A DNA stretch of 64,000 nt from Candidatus Bathyarchaeota archaeon (GCA_963833575.1 CAWHXY010000007.1:608001-672000), one strand, 5' to 3'; shown: positions 42,304 to 51,909, counted from the stretch's first letter. Notes: generated by a model from the sequence alone, not told the origin. Program-made: numbers and translations.

Positions 42304-42568
42304 GAATAAAATATCACAATTATAAATTAAAAAAACTAACGTAATTCTCTTTGCAAACTCCGCAACAAAAACCTTGGGCAGTTTGTCTTTCAGCTTTCTC
42401 CTTTGATAAGAGACCTATTTTATTCTTATTAAATGAAAATTCCAGATGATCTAAATGCCGCGGACGTGGCGCAGTAAACCTTTTTTCATTTTTTGTCGAC
42501 TATTTTCCATTGGGCTTTTTCAAATGGTTTTTATGTGAGACTGTCCTAAATACGAGTGGTGTTTTGTA

Positions 42569-42850
42569 ATGGTTGAAGATTTTGAACAAGACGATTTCGA
42601 CATGATTGACCCATCAGCCAAAAAAGTTCTTGTAGCACTTTCCCAATTTGAGAAAGGTCTCTTGGTGACGGTGGACCTCTTACACAAAAAAACAGGTTTA
42701 ATGCCTGAAGCCCTAAACGACGCAGTGCGACACCTGACAAAATCCAAACTCATCGACGTACCTGAGCTGGCAAAAAAACATGGCCCCTACGATTTCAACA
42801 CCGTCGAAATAACCGACTTCGGAAGGCAAGTGCTAGCGAAATTCGGATAA
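42569..42850 (+). CDS. small winged-helix protein
   Basis: HTH pattern followed by ITDFGR wing end. Confidence 0.65.
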   Translation: MVEDFEQDDFDMIDPSAKKVLVALSQFEKGLLVTVDLLHKKTGLMPEALNDAVRHLTKSKLIDVPELAKKHGPYDFNTVEITDFGRQVLAKFG

Positions 42851-43076
42851 AACATTACAACTAAGCCCTCATCTTAACTAGCAACGATACTTTTCTTTTT
42901 TTAAGAATAAACAAAATATAGAGATAGTCCCTATACAGCGCGCGCTGTCTGGAATGTTTGGAGGTTATGGCGGCGTCATCTTAATTATTGCGCGAGCTGA
43001 ATTCTAAGTCGATGTTTTTGTAGCTTATTTGCTAAAATAGCTGATAAAACAAGCCTGATTTGTCAAAAGGAGAAAA

Positions 43077-43118
43077 GCGCGGGATGTTAGGTTTACATTC
43101 ACGTTTAAATTTCACTCG
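43077..43118 (-). repeat. family C tRNA-Ser 3'-end/att-like site, copy 1 (degenerate)
   Basis: GCGCGGGATGTTAGGTTTACA TTCACG TTTAAATTTCACTCG. Confidence 0.75.
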
Positions 43119-43306
43119 AAAAAGTTAGGAGTCCCCTTAACCTGAATTGGATCGCCACCATTTTTCAGTGATAATAACTATTCTATGAAATAGCTCGACG
43201 TCTCGCGAGTGTAAATTGCCTGTAAAAGAAAATAGTTGGACTTAAACTCTTATCTATAGGTTCTTTGGAGTTATTTAGATCCGTTTTACATGGATTGCGC
43301 GAAACG

Positions 43307-44119
43307 CTATATATCGGCTCTTTCCGTGATCTCGGCGCCTTCGAACACAAAAAGCTTGGGTTTGCCCCCTTCTATCTGCACGAAGGTATTATGGATAGGT
43401 GAGGTTGTAACCCATGAGCCGGTATTTGCGAGGTTCTCGTCCTTGTTCACGAAAGGTCTGTGAGTATGCCCAAAGATAAGAATTTCCTTTGGCTGAACTG
43501 TGGAACACGCCTTCTTTTCTACACCCTTCAGGTTTTCTATAAGCCTCTGCTCAGGACCTAGCTGCAGCATCTCAGCTAATCGGTGTTTTCTTGCCCGATC
43601 AATAACGTTGAAAAAGCGAGATAGGTCACTATCGTAACGACCAAGAGCAGCCCAAATGTTAGTATCGCGGTCGCCCTTCTGATCAGACATTGAGTGGCAG
43701 AGCGATTCCATAAAGTGCTCCCTCTGCATTTCGTCGAACTCCCAGCCGTGAACAAATCTGCAACTTATACCGTTTTGCTGAAGCGTAAGATCCTTAAGGA
43801 AGTCGATGGGGTATCCTCGGCTTTGTAGCTTGCGGACGTGGAAATCATGGTTTCCTGCGACGTAATAGACACGCATCTTTTTTTGTAAACTGATAATCAG
43901 ATCGAGAACGTCATGGTTCTCGAGGAAAATGCCTGATGAATCTCGTCTCCACATGTCAACGATGTCGCCGAGAAGCACCAGATCTGTAACACTAGGGTCG
44001 GATTGAAGTTTTTCGATAAAGCGGATAAATGCAGCTTTGTCAGAGGAATCGAATCCTAGATGTAAGTCCGAAACAGCAATAATCGACAAATAGTATTCTC
44101 CCAAAATCCAATTAAACAA
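43307..44119 (-). CDS. calcineurin-like metallophosphoesterase (LpxH-like)
   Basis: SDLHLG, LGDIVD, GNHD, HG, GHTH; true start possibly TTG near 44089. Confidence 0.9.
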   Translation of the reverse strand: MFNWILGEYYLSIIAVSDLHLGFDSSDKAAFIRFIEKLQSDPSVTDLVLLGDIVDMWRRDSSGIFLENHDVLDLIISLQKKMRVYYVAGNHDFHVRKLQSRGYPIDFLKDLTLQQNGISCRFVHGWEFDEMQREHFMESLCHSMSDQKGDRDTNIWAALGRYDSDLSRFFNVIDRARKHRLAEMLQLGPEQRLIENLKGVEKKACSTVQPKEILIFGHTHRPFVNKDENLANTGSWVTTSPIHNTFVQIEGGKPKLFVFEGAEITERADI

Positions 44120-44254
44120 TTATAATATAATAGCTTTCTTGTTTCATATTTTCTTAACTATCTCGCGGGTAATTTAAACAATAGACCTGAGGCGGTAAGC
44201 CATAATTTCAGATGATAATTTGGAAATAATTATTAAAAATAAGTTCAGAAATAG

Positions 44255-44312
44255 GCTGAATTTGGAAATGGCGCGGGATGTTAGATTTACACCCACGTTT
44301 AAATTCCACACG
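44255..44312 (-). repeat. family C tRNA-Ser 3'-end/att-like site, copy 2
   Basis: First 27 bp (GCTGAATTTGGAAATGGCGCGGGATGT) identical to 50834-50860, then TAGATTTACA CCCACG TTTAAATTCCACACG. Confidence 0.9.
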
Positions 44313-44459
44313 GAAACCATGTAGAGAAAAATCGGTGTGTAATATTGAATTTATACTTTCTCTCTCTATAAAATTCAGCAATAAAGTCAAGAAGCCTCTT
44401 GCCGATGCCGATTCCCTGAAAGTCAAGCAAAACCACAAGCCTACTTATGCGAAAATGGT

Positions 44460-45239
44460 CTATTTTTCTGTGGTTTGCAGAAATAGAATTTTTCTTATTG
44501 CTTCTATACCTTTAGTGGTTATGATATAATCGCCTTTGTTGTCCTCTTGGGCTATCAGCTTTGAATTAAGAAGCTTTTTGAGATGAAAAATAAGGTGACC
44601 TCCTTTCAAGGTCATAATTTGGGATAATTTAGAAAAGTTCTTTTTCCCCTCATACAAACCGATGAGAATCTTAAGTCTTACAGGATTAGATAGTGGCTCA
44701 AGAAAGTTTTCAACGATAAAAGGAATATTTACTGTCTCTTGACTAGGTTTGTTGCCATTGGTTTTTTCGACAAGAACTATTGTTTGGAAGGCCCTCTTTT
44801 CTCTTTTTAGTTTCTTCTGAAAATTAGTTTGACAGCTCTCGCATTGAGTGTCCTTAGCTTTTTCCAGCCGGATGCCTGCTTGCTTTATTCTTGCTTCCAG
44901 ATCAGCCAAAGCCTCTTTTGATTCGCCTGACTTAATAATCAAAAGATTTTCAGCTAACTGTTCTCTAAAGAATTCATGGCATTTTGCCCTTTTTTCACAA
45001 TCAGCACTCAGTAGTCTATCAATGTCTTCACTAGCTTCTTCATTTAGGAGATCGGCGTATTGCATTAAGCGGTTTTGAGAGAGCACCTCTTCCACGGCAC
45101 TTAACCGATCTTTTAGGATTACGCTTTCTATCCTGCCTAATTCGGCTTTTAGGCTAATAACTTCATGTATTAGTTCACAGAGAGAATTATTTACAGCCTC
45201 TTGATCCGTTTGTTCGGCTTTTTTGTTCATTATACACAC
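44460..45239 (-). CDS. ArsR-family wHTH regulator with N-terminal helical Cys-containing domain
   Basis: PLSNPVRLKIL..FSKLS..GGHLIFHLKKL..YIITTKG; divergent from flavodoxin. Confidence 0.85.
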   Translation of the reverse strand: MCIMNKKAEQTDQEAVNNSLCELIHEVISLKAELGRIESVILKDRLSAVEEVLSQNRLMQYADLLNEEASEDIDRLLSADCEKRAKCHEFFREQLAENLLIIKSGESKEALADLEARIKQAGIRLEKAKDTQCESCQTNFQKKLKREKRAFQTIVLVEKTNGNKPSQETVNIPFIVENFLEPLSNPVRLKILIGLYEGKKNFSKLSQIMTLKGGHLIFHLKKLLNSKLIAQEDNKGDYIITTKGIEAIRKILFLQTTEK

Positions 45240-45315
45240 TGCATTTGGTACATTATTATTACCTAAAACTATATAAAACTATTCCGTTTTTTTATCATAA
45301 AATAGAGGTATTAAA

Positions 45316-45756
45316 ATGCCAAAAGTATTAGTAGCGTATTATTCTAAAACTGGAAACACCAAACAAGTTGCTGAAGCCATAGCCGAAGGCGCAAAAAGTG
45401 TCAAAGGCGTCAATGTTGAAATAAAAAATGTTCAAGATATCAGTGCAAAAGAAGCAGTTGAAGCTGACGGATTCGCATTTGGATCGCCAGCTTATTTTAG
45501 CATGATGTCAGGTCCATTGCTGACTTTGCTTACAGAACTTTACTTTGTACGCGATAAATTAGCTGGTAAAACTATGGTTGCATTTGCGACCGGAGGCGGC
45601 AGCCAAACGAAGACCACCGCAAACATCGAAAGCGTGCTCAAAGCCTTCAATCCAAAGCTGATTCTCCCAGGACTAGCAATCGGTAACGCAATCTCAGAAA
45701 CCGATAAACAGCAAGCAAAACAACTAGGCGAGAAATTAGCCAAAGCCCTCGCTTAG
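45316..45756 (+). CDS. flavodoxin-domain protein
   Basis: YYSKTGNT, GSPAYF, AFATGG. Confidence 0.9.
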   Translation: MPKVLVAYYSKTGNTKQVAEAIAEGAKSVKGVNVEIKNVQDISAKEAVEADGFAFGSPAYFSMMSGPLLTLLTELYFVRDKLAGKTMVAFATGGGSQTKTTANIESVLKAFNPKLILPGLAIGNAISETDKQQAKQLGEKLAKALA

Positions 45757-45828
45757 GAAAAATCTTAGCAAATGCAAACTACTATTGCTGTTCAACCATC
45801 CTTTTTTTATAAAAAACCTAGCAGAATA

Positions 45829-46346
45829 CCTGCCGCGGTAGCGGCAGGATGAATGCGTCCCACAAATTCTTTCTTTGCCCTACTCTGATAGGTCTGTCAT
45901 TATTGGAAGAGGAGGTGAGAGACCTGGAAAAGGCAAGGGCGTGTGCTTTCCAAGCCAATTATCACCTCATCTGGGCAGTTAAATACCGGCGTAAGGTACT
46001 AGTCGCCCAGTTGAGGTTAGGCTTTTGGAAGTACTTAAAATGATTGTTGAAAACCATGGCTATCAGTTGCTGGCTGCTAAGGTTCATGATGGCGATCATG
46101 TGCATTTGTTTGTTTCTGCTCCGCCAAAGATGTCGATTCCTGCTATGGTGAGTGTTTTCAAATGTGTTTCTGCTAAATTGCTGTTTGAGGAGTTTGCGCA
46201 GTTTAAGTTGTGGCTTTGGGGTGGACATTTGTGGTCTGAGGGCTATGCTGTTAGGACTGCTGGTTCGGTGCCTGGCTGGAAAATAGAGGAATATATCAAC
46301 AGAGCCTAAACGTGGATGCTCGCCCCGGAAGGGGCGAGTAGTTCAC
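45829..46346 (+). mobile_element. IS200/IS605-family element, tnpA only (no tnpB)
   Basis: Left hairpin CCTGCCGC-GGTA-GCGGCAGG (45829-45848), right hairpin CTCGCCCC-GGAA-GGGGCGAG (46319-46338) followed by TTCAC. Confidence 0.85.
45915..46309 (+). pseudogene. tnpA: Y1 HUH transposase, frameshifted near 46004
   Basis: YHLIWAVKYRRKVL, then shifted frame DHVHLFV..PP..K..S..LWSEGY..YI. Confidence 0.88.
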
Positions 46347-46589
46347 TTTTTTGACTAGTGCACCACACTATAATATCAGCTCCACATCACTTAATATCGG
46401 GAAAGGTAAAACGCTTGTAAAAGATTCCATCTCCGACTAAAATATTTTAAAAGTGCTGAGGCATGTGCAACTTAAACGAAAAGCCATTTTATACGATAAA
46501 CTGAGAAGTATTAATTAATTCTTTAGCGTTTATTGAAGCCTTATTTGCGTAACTAACCAAGAATATAGTTCTAATTGGCAAAAGGAGCG

Positions 46590-46633
46590 TGGCGCTGGAT
46601 GTTTGATTTACACCCACGTTTAAATTCCACACG
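46590..46633 (-). repeat. family C tRNA-Ser 3'-end/att-like site, copy 3
   Basis: TGGCGCTGGATGTTTGATTTACA CCCACG TTTAAATTCCACACG. Confidence 0.88.
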
Positions 46634-46668
46634 AGAGAGCATAGCGCAAATCGACGTAGTAAAAGACT

Positions 46669-47232
46669 TCAAGGCGATGGATATTCGGGCGGATAGAGCC
46701 AGCGGCGGAGTAGTTTCGTTAGCTGAGGCATTGCGAAATAAGTCAGCCCAAGCACCAGAATAATCGTAATCACGAGGTTGCTTGCGAGCAAAGACCAAGA
46801 GCCGATGATGGGGTTAAGAAAGAAATTTGCGACTAAGCTTATCATGTAAGCGGCCGCGAAAGTTACAAGAGCCATCTTCCAGCGTGGAGGAGGCTTGATC
46901 ACCTCGAGTTTAGGTAAGGCAAACCATGTTTCAAGCCCAGTGGCACTCGCGTAATTCGGAGTGGAATAGCTGTTTACTTCTTCGAGCATTTTTGTTCTAT
47001 TCTCCGATTTTTGCCAGTTCTCCAATGAAGACTTGTCTTTGAATCTGGTAATAATGTATCGCCTGCCAGATTTGCTGCCACCTGGAGCAATAACGGTTGT
47101 ATTTAGATAGCCTGGAGCCTTCTTCTTAATTTCCAAAAAACGTCTATGCCACTCATCATAATCGGCTTCCCTACCAACCCTTATCTCTCTGCTAATAATC
47201 TCTGTGACTCCAATAGCTTCATCTATCACCAT
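46669..47232 (-). CDS. antibiotic biosynthesis monooxygenase-domain protein with C-terminal TMs
   Basis: GREADYDEW..PGYL..F..LENW..S..R; TGLETWF..PPRWKMAL. Confidence 0.85.
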   Translation of the reverse strand: MVIDEAIGVTEIISREIRVGREADYDEWHRRFLEIKKKAPGYLNTTVIAPGGSKSGRRYIITRFKDKSSLENWQKSENRTKMLEEVNSYSTPNYASATGLETWFALPKLEVIKPPPRWKMALVTFAAAYMISLVANFFLNPIIGSWSLLASNLVITIILVLGLTYFAMPQLTKLLRRWLYPPEYPSP

Positions 47233-47287
47233 TTTTCAACTTCACTCTTATTGACTAATAAAACAAGACATTTTCACAAGATAAGCA

Positions 47288-47878
47288 CTATTTTTTGAGC
47301 GTAGCTTCTATTGCCGTCTTGATGCTAACGTCTTTTCCTATGGGGAAGCCGCCCGTTTCATTCTCAAGATCAGTCAACAATCCGAAGTCTTTTCGGTTGA
47401 CTTTCGCTCTTGTTTGAAACGCCACTCTTGTGTTTCCCCATGGGTCTTGGACAACGCCACTAAATTTTAGTGCAGCGATAATCTTTTGAGTTATTCCACG
47501 TATTGTAAAATCGCCCTCGACTGTGAAGCTGCCTCCCGGCTCGACTTTCATTCCGGTACTGGAAAAAGTCATTTTCGGATATTTCTGTACATCAAAAAAT
47601 TTTGGGCTCCGAAGGTCCGCGTCGCGTCCTACATGATGCGTATCGATACTGGCTGTTTCTACGCTAAACTCAAAACTTGACAATAACGGTTCATCGGCTA
47701 TCCCGATCTCACCAAAAATCGAGTTAAAACGATCCCTAACTTGACCCACTATTAGATGCTGCACAGAAAATTCCGCGAAACTATGTACAGGGTCAACGAC
47801 ATACTCACCTGCTGGAGGCAACGGGTTCCCAAAATACACGCGCGAATTATCTCTTATCTTATTCATACGAATTAACAT
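47288..47878 (-). CDS. YceI family protein
   Basis: DPVHS..FSVQHL, SIDT..RDADLRS..FFDV..YP, DPWGNTR. Confidence 0.9.
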   Translation of the reverse strand: MLIRMNKIRDNSRVYFGNPLPPAGEYVVDPVHSFAEFSVQHLIVGQVRDRFNSIFGEIGIADEPLLSSFEFSVETASIDTHHVGRDADLRSPKFFDVQKYPKMTFSSTGMKVEPGGSFTVEGDFTIRGITQKIIAALKFSGVVQDPWGNTRVAFQTRAKVNRKDFGLLTDLENETGGFPIGKDVSIKTAIEATLKK

Positions 47879-47972
47879 CGCCCTTTCGGTTTGTTTTTCT
47901 ATTTACCGACTTTTCTAAAATCAAAAGTCATTACTCACAGGTATTAAATATATAGTTAGCCTATTCTAACTT

Positions 47973-48677
47973 ATGGCAAAAGAAACGAAAGCAAAAATCA
48001 TGGTGACCAAGGACGGCCCTTATCTCGTAAGTGGTAGTTTACCAATTGATAAACAGATAATTGGAATAGGAAAAGAAGGCGAGCCTGAAAAATGGATCCA
48101 AGGCAAGAAAGTGCCTGCTGGCGAAACCTGCGCATTATGTCGCTGCGGTGAGTCAAAAAGCAAACCATTCTGCGATGGCACCCATGGCAAAATTAAGTTC
48201 AATGGCACGGAAACTGCAAGCAAAAAAACACGTGACAAACAGGCTAAAGTCATGGATGGACCAACTTTGAAGCTGGAGGATGTTCCCGCGTTGTGCGCAG
48301 CTGCTAGATTCTGCCACAGAGGAGGAGGAACCTGGGAACTAACACATCACTCTGACGATCTAAAAGCCCGCGAGTTAGCTATCGAAGAAGCATGCCAATG
48401 TCCATCAGGACGACTCGTTGAATCTGACAAAAAAACCGGGAAAGTTTTCGAAAAAGAATTTGTAAAGTCAATAAGCCTCATAGAGGACCCACAGAACAAG
48501 GTAAGCGGTCCAATCGGGCTCAGAGGTGGCATACCGGTGGAATCTTCAGATGGAACTACCTATGAAGTTCGGAACCGCCAAACCCTTTGCAGATGCGGCA
48601 AATCCCAGAATAAACCTTTCTGCGACGGCTCTCACATTGACGAAGGCTTCAATGACGGCGACGAATCTCTAAAATAA
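47973..48677 (+). CDS. CDGSH iron-sulfur domain protein (two CDGSH domains + central ferredoxin-like domain)
   Basis: LCRCGESKSKPFCDGTH, CAAARFC..CPSG, LCRCGKSQNKPFCDGSH. Confidence 0.92.
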   Translation: MAKETKAKIMVTKDGPYLVSGSLPIDKQIIGIGKEGEPEKWIQGKKVPAGETCALCRCGESKSKPFCDGTHGKIKFNGTETASKKTRDKQAKVMDGPTLKLEDVPALCAAARFCHRGGGTWELTHHSDDLKARELAIEEACQCPSGRLVESDKKTGKVFEKEFVKSISLIEDPQNKVSGPIGLRGGIPVESSDGTTYEVRNRQTLCRCGKSQNKPFCDGSHIDEGFNDGDESLK

Positions 48678-48723
48678 AATAGACGAGAAATAGCGCCCAA
48701 AGAAAAAGAGAGGGCTTAAGGAT

Positions 48724-49062
48724 TTACTCTTTTGTAGTAAGTTCCTTAAGCTGTTTTTTGTTTAAGCCAACATGTGGCTCTGCGTCTACGCGCTTGTGCA
48801 CTTTTCCTTTCTTGAACATTATCACTGTCGGATAGTATTCTATTCCGTATTCTTCGCAAACATCAGGCTCTTCATCAACAATGACGCTAAGGCACTCTTC
48901 CGGATTGCTCTTTGAATACTCTTCAAATATTGGCAAAAACTCCCGGGAAAACGGGCACCAGGTCGCATAGAACAGCACAACCGCTTTGTCTTTACTGTCT
49001 AACTTCTCGTGAAAAATACTTTTCTTTTTGTTCTCAGTTGTAATTTTTTTACGTGCGCTCAT
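48724..49062 (-). CDS. thioredoxin-fold protein (CxxS)
   Basis: FYATWCPFS, YPT cis-Pro, FKKG. Confidence 0.85.
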   Translation of the reverse strand: MSARKKITTENKKKSIFHEKLDSKDKAVVLFYATWCPFSREFLPIFEEYSKSNPEECLSVIVDEEPDVCEEYGIEYYPTVIMFKKGKVHKRVDAEPHVGLNKKQLKELTTKE

Positions 49063-49064
49063 AA

Positions 49065-49931
49065 TTACATCACACTGATTTTTTTAGGCTTAACTGGATT
49101 TTTAATTTTGATAAAAGTATCTGAATCTAGTTCTTCAAAGGCTTTATCGAGCTCTTCTTCGGTGTTCATAACGATTGGTCCTCTCCACGCAACAGGCTCG
49201 TTTAACGGCTCTCCAGACACAAACAGAAACCGAGCGCCGCCTTTCGAGACTATTTTGACTAAATCACCTTCACTAAAAACTGCACACTGACCCTGCAATA
49301 TCTTCTTGGTCCCAATCTCTATTGATCCTTCAACGAGGTAGGCAAAAACCGTATCGTTCTTTGGTGTGGCGTGATTGAATATTTTTCCGGCATCGAGCTC
49401 TACATCGAAGTATTCTATGTGTATTGCTAAGTCGCGAACCGGTCCTTCCATTCCATCGACCTTGCCTGCTATGACTTTTATTTTTGAGCCATCTTTTTCT
49501 AGCACTGGGATCTGTTGTTTTTCTATGCCGCGATATTTAGGGTCGATCATTTTCTTTTTTGCGGGCAGATTTACCCATAGTTGGAAGCCCTGCATTAACC
49601 CATCGTATTTTTGGGGCATTTCTTGATGGATTATACCTGAACCAGCAGTCATCCACTGCACATCTCCAGATTTGATAACGCCCTTATTGCCCATGCTGTC
49701 GCCGTGTTCAACTTCGCCTGTCCACATGTAAGTGACTGTTTCCATTCCTCTATGAGGATGCCACGGAAAACCTAGAATGTAATCTTCAGGATCATCGGAT
49801 CCAAAGTGGTCCAAAAGCAAGAAAGGATCAAGCGTAGAGTTATCATCGTTTCCCAAAACTCGTTTTAACTTAACACCAGCGCCTTCTAAAGTTGTACGAC
49901 GATTTAGAATCTTGTCAACCTTTCTCTCCAT
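49065..49931 (-). CDS. pirin family protein
   Basis: DPFLLLDHF, HPHRGMETVTY, QWMTAGSGIIHQE, QLWVNLP. Confidence 0.95.
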   Translation of the reverse strand: MERKVDKILNRRTTLEGAGVKLKRVLGNDDNSTLDPFLLLDHFGSDDPEDYILGFPWHPHRGMETVTYMWTGEVEHGDSMGNKGVIKSGDVQWMTAGSGIIHQEMPQKYDGLMQGFQLWVNLPAKKKMIDPKYRGIEKQQIPVLEKDGSKIKVIAGKVDGMEGPVRDLAIHIEYFDVELDAGKIFNHATPKNDTVFAYLVEGSIEIGTKKILQGQCAVFSEGDLVKIVSKGGARFLFVSGEPLNEPVAWRGPIVMNTEEELDKAFEELDSDTFIKIKNPVKPKKISVM

Positions 49932-49968
49932 ACCCACCACCTCACGAAAAGAAAAAAATGGATTCTGT

Positions 49969-50415
49969 TTACTTTGACAGCCCAAGTTGCTGCATAAAAC
50001 CTACGACATCGTAGAATAGTCGCTCTTCGACGATTTCTCCGTTTTTCCATGTGGCGACAGTGCAAAATTCGAGCTTTGCCGTTTTTCCGGTTGACGGGAT
50101 CATTTTTCCGTCGGGACCTTTCATCGATCCCTTCATAGTTACAGTCCAATCGGCTACAGTGCACGTGTAGTCTCCAGCGCCGAACATTATTTTGTATGGG
50201 CTGTTGACGAGTTTGTTGTCAAATGTCTTGAAGAACTCTACCGCTTCAACGTCGTGGGCATGACGTCCCATGGTAGGTAATGGTTGAGCTGGCCAGTACA
50301 CTCTCACGTCTTCTCGGTGTCGCTTTTTGAAAGTTTCCCAGAGTGGGCTGTTTGGCCCCGCATTCCAAGCATCATCAAGGGTTTTCATCAACTCAAGATT
50401 TTCTTTAACTCCCAT
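49969..50415 (-). CDS. SnoaL-like ester cyclase
   Basis: G.M..PDGKMIPSTGK..WKNGEIVEERLFYD..QLGL. Confidence 0.85.
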   Translation of the reverse strand: MGVKENLELMKTLDDAWNAGPNSPLWETFKKRHREDVRVYWPAQPLPTMGRHAHDVEAVEFFKTFDNKLVNSPYKIMFGAGDYTCTVADWTVTMKGSMKGPDGKMIPSTGKTAKLEFCTVATWKNGEIVEERLFYDVVGFMQQLGLSK

Positions 50416-50847
50416 AAAATTCGCCTACTAGTTGTTTGGCGTTATTGTTAATAAACGTGAGCAATTTTAAAATCATAGCTTATTCCCTCTTCTTTGAAAC
50501 GTGTTAAAATAGATATTTTTTAAGTTTGAGGCTATATCTACTGCGAGTTATTTGGGCGAGCGCTAGCTCCACCTTGATTCAGTTTTCGCCCCCTTCACCC
50601 AAACGTTGTGAGAGCGGTTTCTAAATTGACATATGAACAAAGCAAAAAGAAACCTAAATGAAGTAATTTTGAGCAAGTTTGATCCTTCAGGAGTCTGAGT
50701 GTATACTTGGCTTACCCCAAAAAACTGTGGTCAGATTCGAGTTGGCGTGGCTTCAAACAGTGGACCGCATGGGGTAATGCATTTTTTCTGAGAAGAATTT
50801 AGGCTCAATTTCTAAAATTAACGTTAGTGGTGAGCTGAATTTGGAAA

Positions 50848-50934
50848 TGGCGCGGGATGTGGGATTTGAACCCACGCGGCCTTTCGACCACAGACTTAGC
50901 AGGCCTGCCCCCTACCAGGCTAGGGCAATCCCGC
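50848..50934 (-). tRNA. tRNA-Ser(GCT), CCA encoded
   Basis: Acceptor GCGGGAT/ATCCCGC + GCCA; anticodon loop CTGCTAA; long variable arm; GGTTCAAATCC T-arm. Confidence 0.95.
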
Positions 50935-51122
50935 ACGGAAGAAATTCTTGAAATTATGCCAAGTCTGGATTACTGTTTAGATTGTAACGGGTCGCATATT
51001 TTTGCTTTCTGTATTTTGAAAACTGTAAATTAAACTGAACAACACGAATGGTCTCGCTCTGAGTCTTGCAAGTGAAATCATTCCTACTCTATAGGTTGCC
51101 AGCTGGAAGATAGCTATTTAGA

Positions 51123-51192
51123 CGATTTAACTAATTTTGACTTTTTTTGACTTATTTTAACTTTTGTTGACTGATTTTGACTTTTCTCGACT
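51123..51192. repeat. seven tandem 10-bp units with TT(G/A)ACT-like core
   Basis: cgatttaact/aattttgact/ttttttgact/tattttaact/tttgttgact/gattttgact/tttctcgact. Confidence 0.8.
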
Positions 51193-51477
51193 CATCCTGC
51201 AGATATTTCAAGCCCCAAAACAAGAAAACAACTCAAAACACAACCAAAAAAAATTGGAGAAAAACCAAAAGCGCACAAATCTCGCGAAGGACTCAAACTA
51301 TTAAGCGTTAACAAGATGATAGTTTTTTTGAGCTGGGGTTGCCTTGCGGAAGGGGAATCAAATGGCTGTTCTTCGCTAAAATACCTATATTCATGAAAGT
51401 AGATCACATAGAAAAAGAAATAGTGAAATACTTCTAGTGTCAACAATAGAGATAGATATTTCTGGCAGGTTCTGGGA

Positions 51478-51909
51478 ATGGTACAAAAACTATCCAAAAA
51501 AGATATTGCATTCATGCAGCAATTGCCTGTGTGTCGATTAGCTACAGCAACTGAAGAATGCGAACCAATAGTGAGGCCTGTTTGGTCCGTTTTTGATGGC
51601 GTTTTTATTTATTTTGCATCTGATCCTGATACTCCAAAATTAGAACAGATAGAAAATAACCCCGAAGTATCCATAGTTTTTGATGATTACGACCGAGAAA
51701 ACTGGTCAAAAATCAGAGGTGTCCGTGTTCAAGGAGAAGCAACCATAATGTGGAGCGGAAAAGAATACGTTTATGCGCATTCGCTTCTTAAAGAGAAGTT
51801 TCCTGAATACCAAACTGAATCGGGGGGATGGAAGGAAGGCGATGTGCCAATAATCAAAGTACTTCCTACGTCTTTCAATAAATGGCAACAAGGCAAGTGG
51901 ACAAAATAA
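51478..51909 (+). CDS. pyridoxamine 5'-phosphate oxidase-like (PPOX/split-barrel) protein
   Basis: RLATA..P..PVW..DG..YF..KL..I..NP.VS..D..W..GV.VQGEA. Confidence 0.85.
   Translation: MVQKLSKKDIAFMQQLPVCRLATATEECEPIVRPVWSVFDGVFIYFASDPDTPKLEQIENNPEVSIVFDDYDRENWSKIRGVRVQGEATIMWSGKEYVYAHSLLKEKFPEYQTESGGWKEGDVPIIKVLPTSFNKWQQGKWTK

Noticed and set aside
42934-42950. ACAGCGCGCGCTGT palindrome, similar to TACAGCGCGCTG at 34208, as IS/MITE ends
   Set aside because: Too short; no partner inverted repeat, target duplication or transposase found
43077-46633. Family C copies as functional or split tRNA genes
   Set aside because: No D or anticodon arm, T-loop is mutated, and no complementary leader for trans-splicing is visible
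51192-51515. 107-aa minus-strand ORF; likewise 8236..8475 and the many antisense shadow ORFs
   Set aside because: Low-complexity or overlapping better-supported genes, with no recognisable motifs
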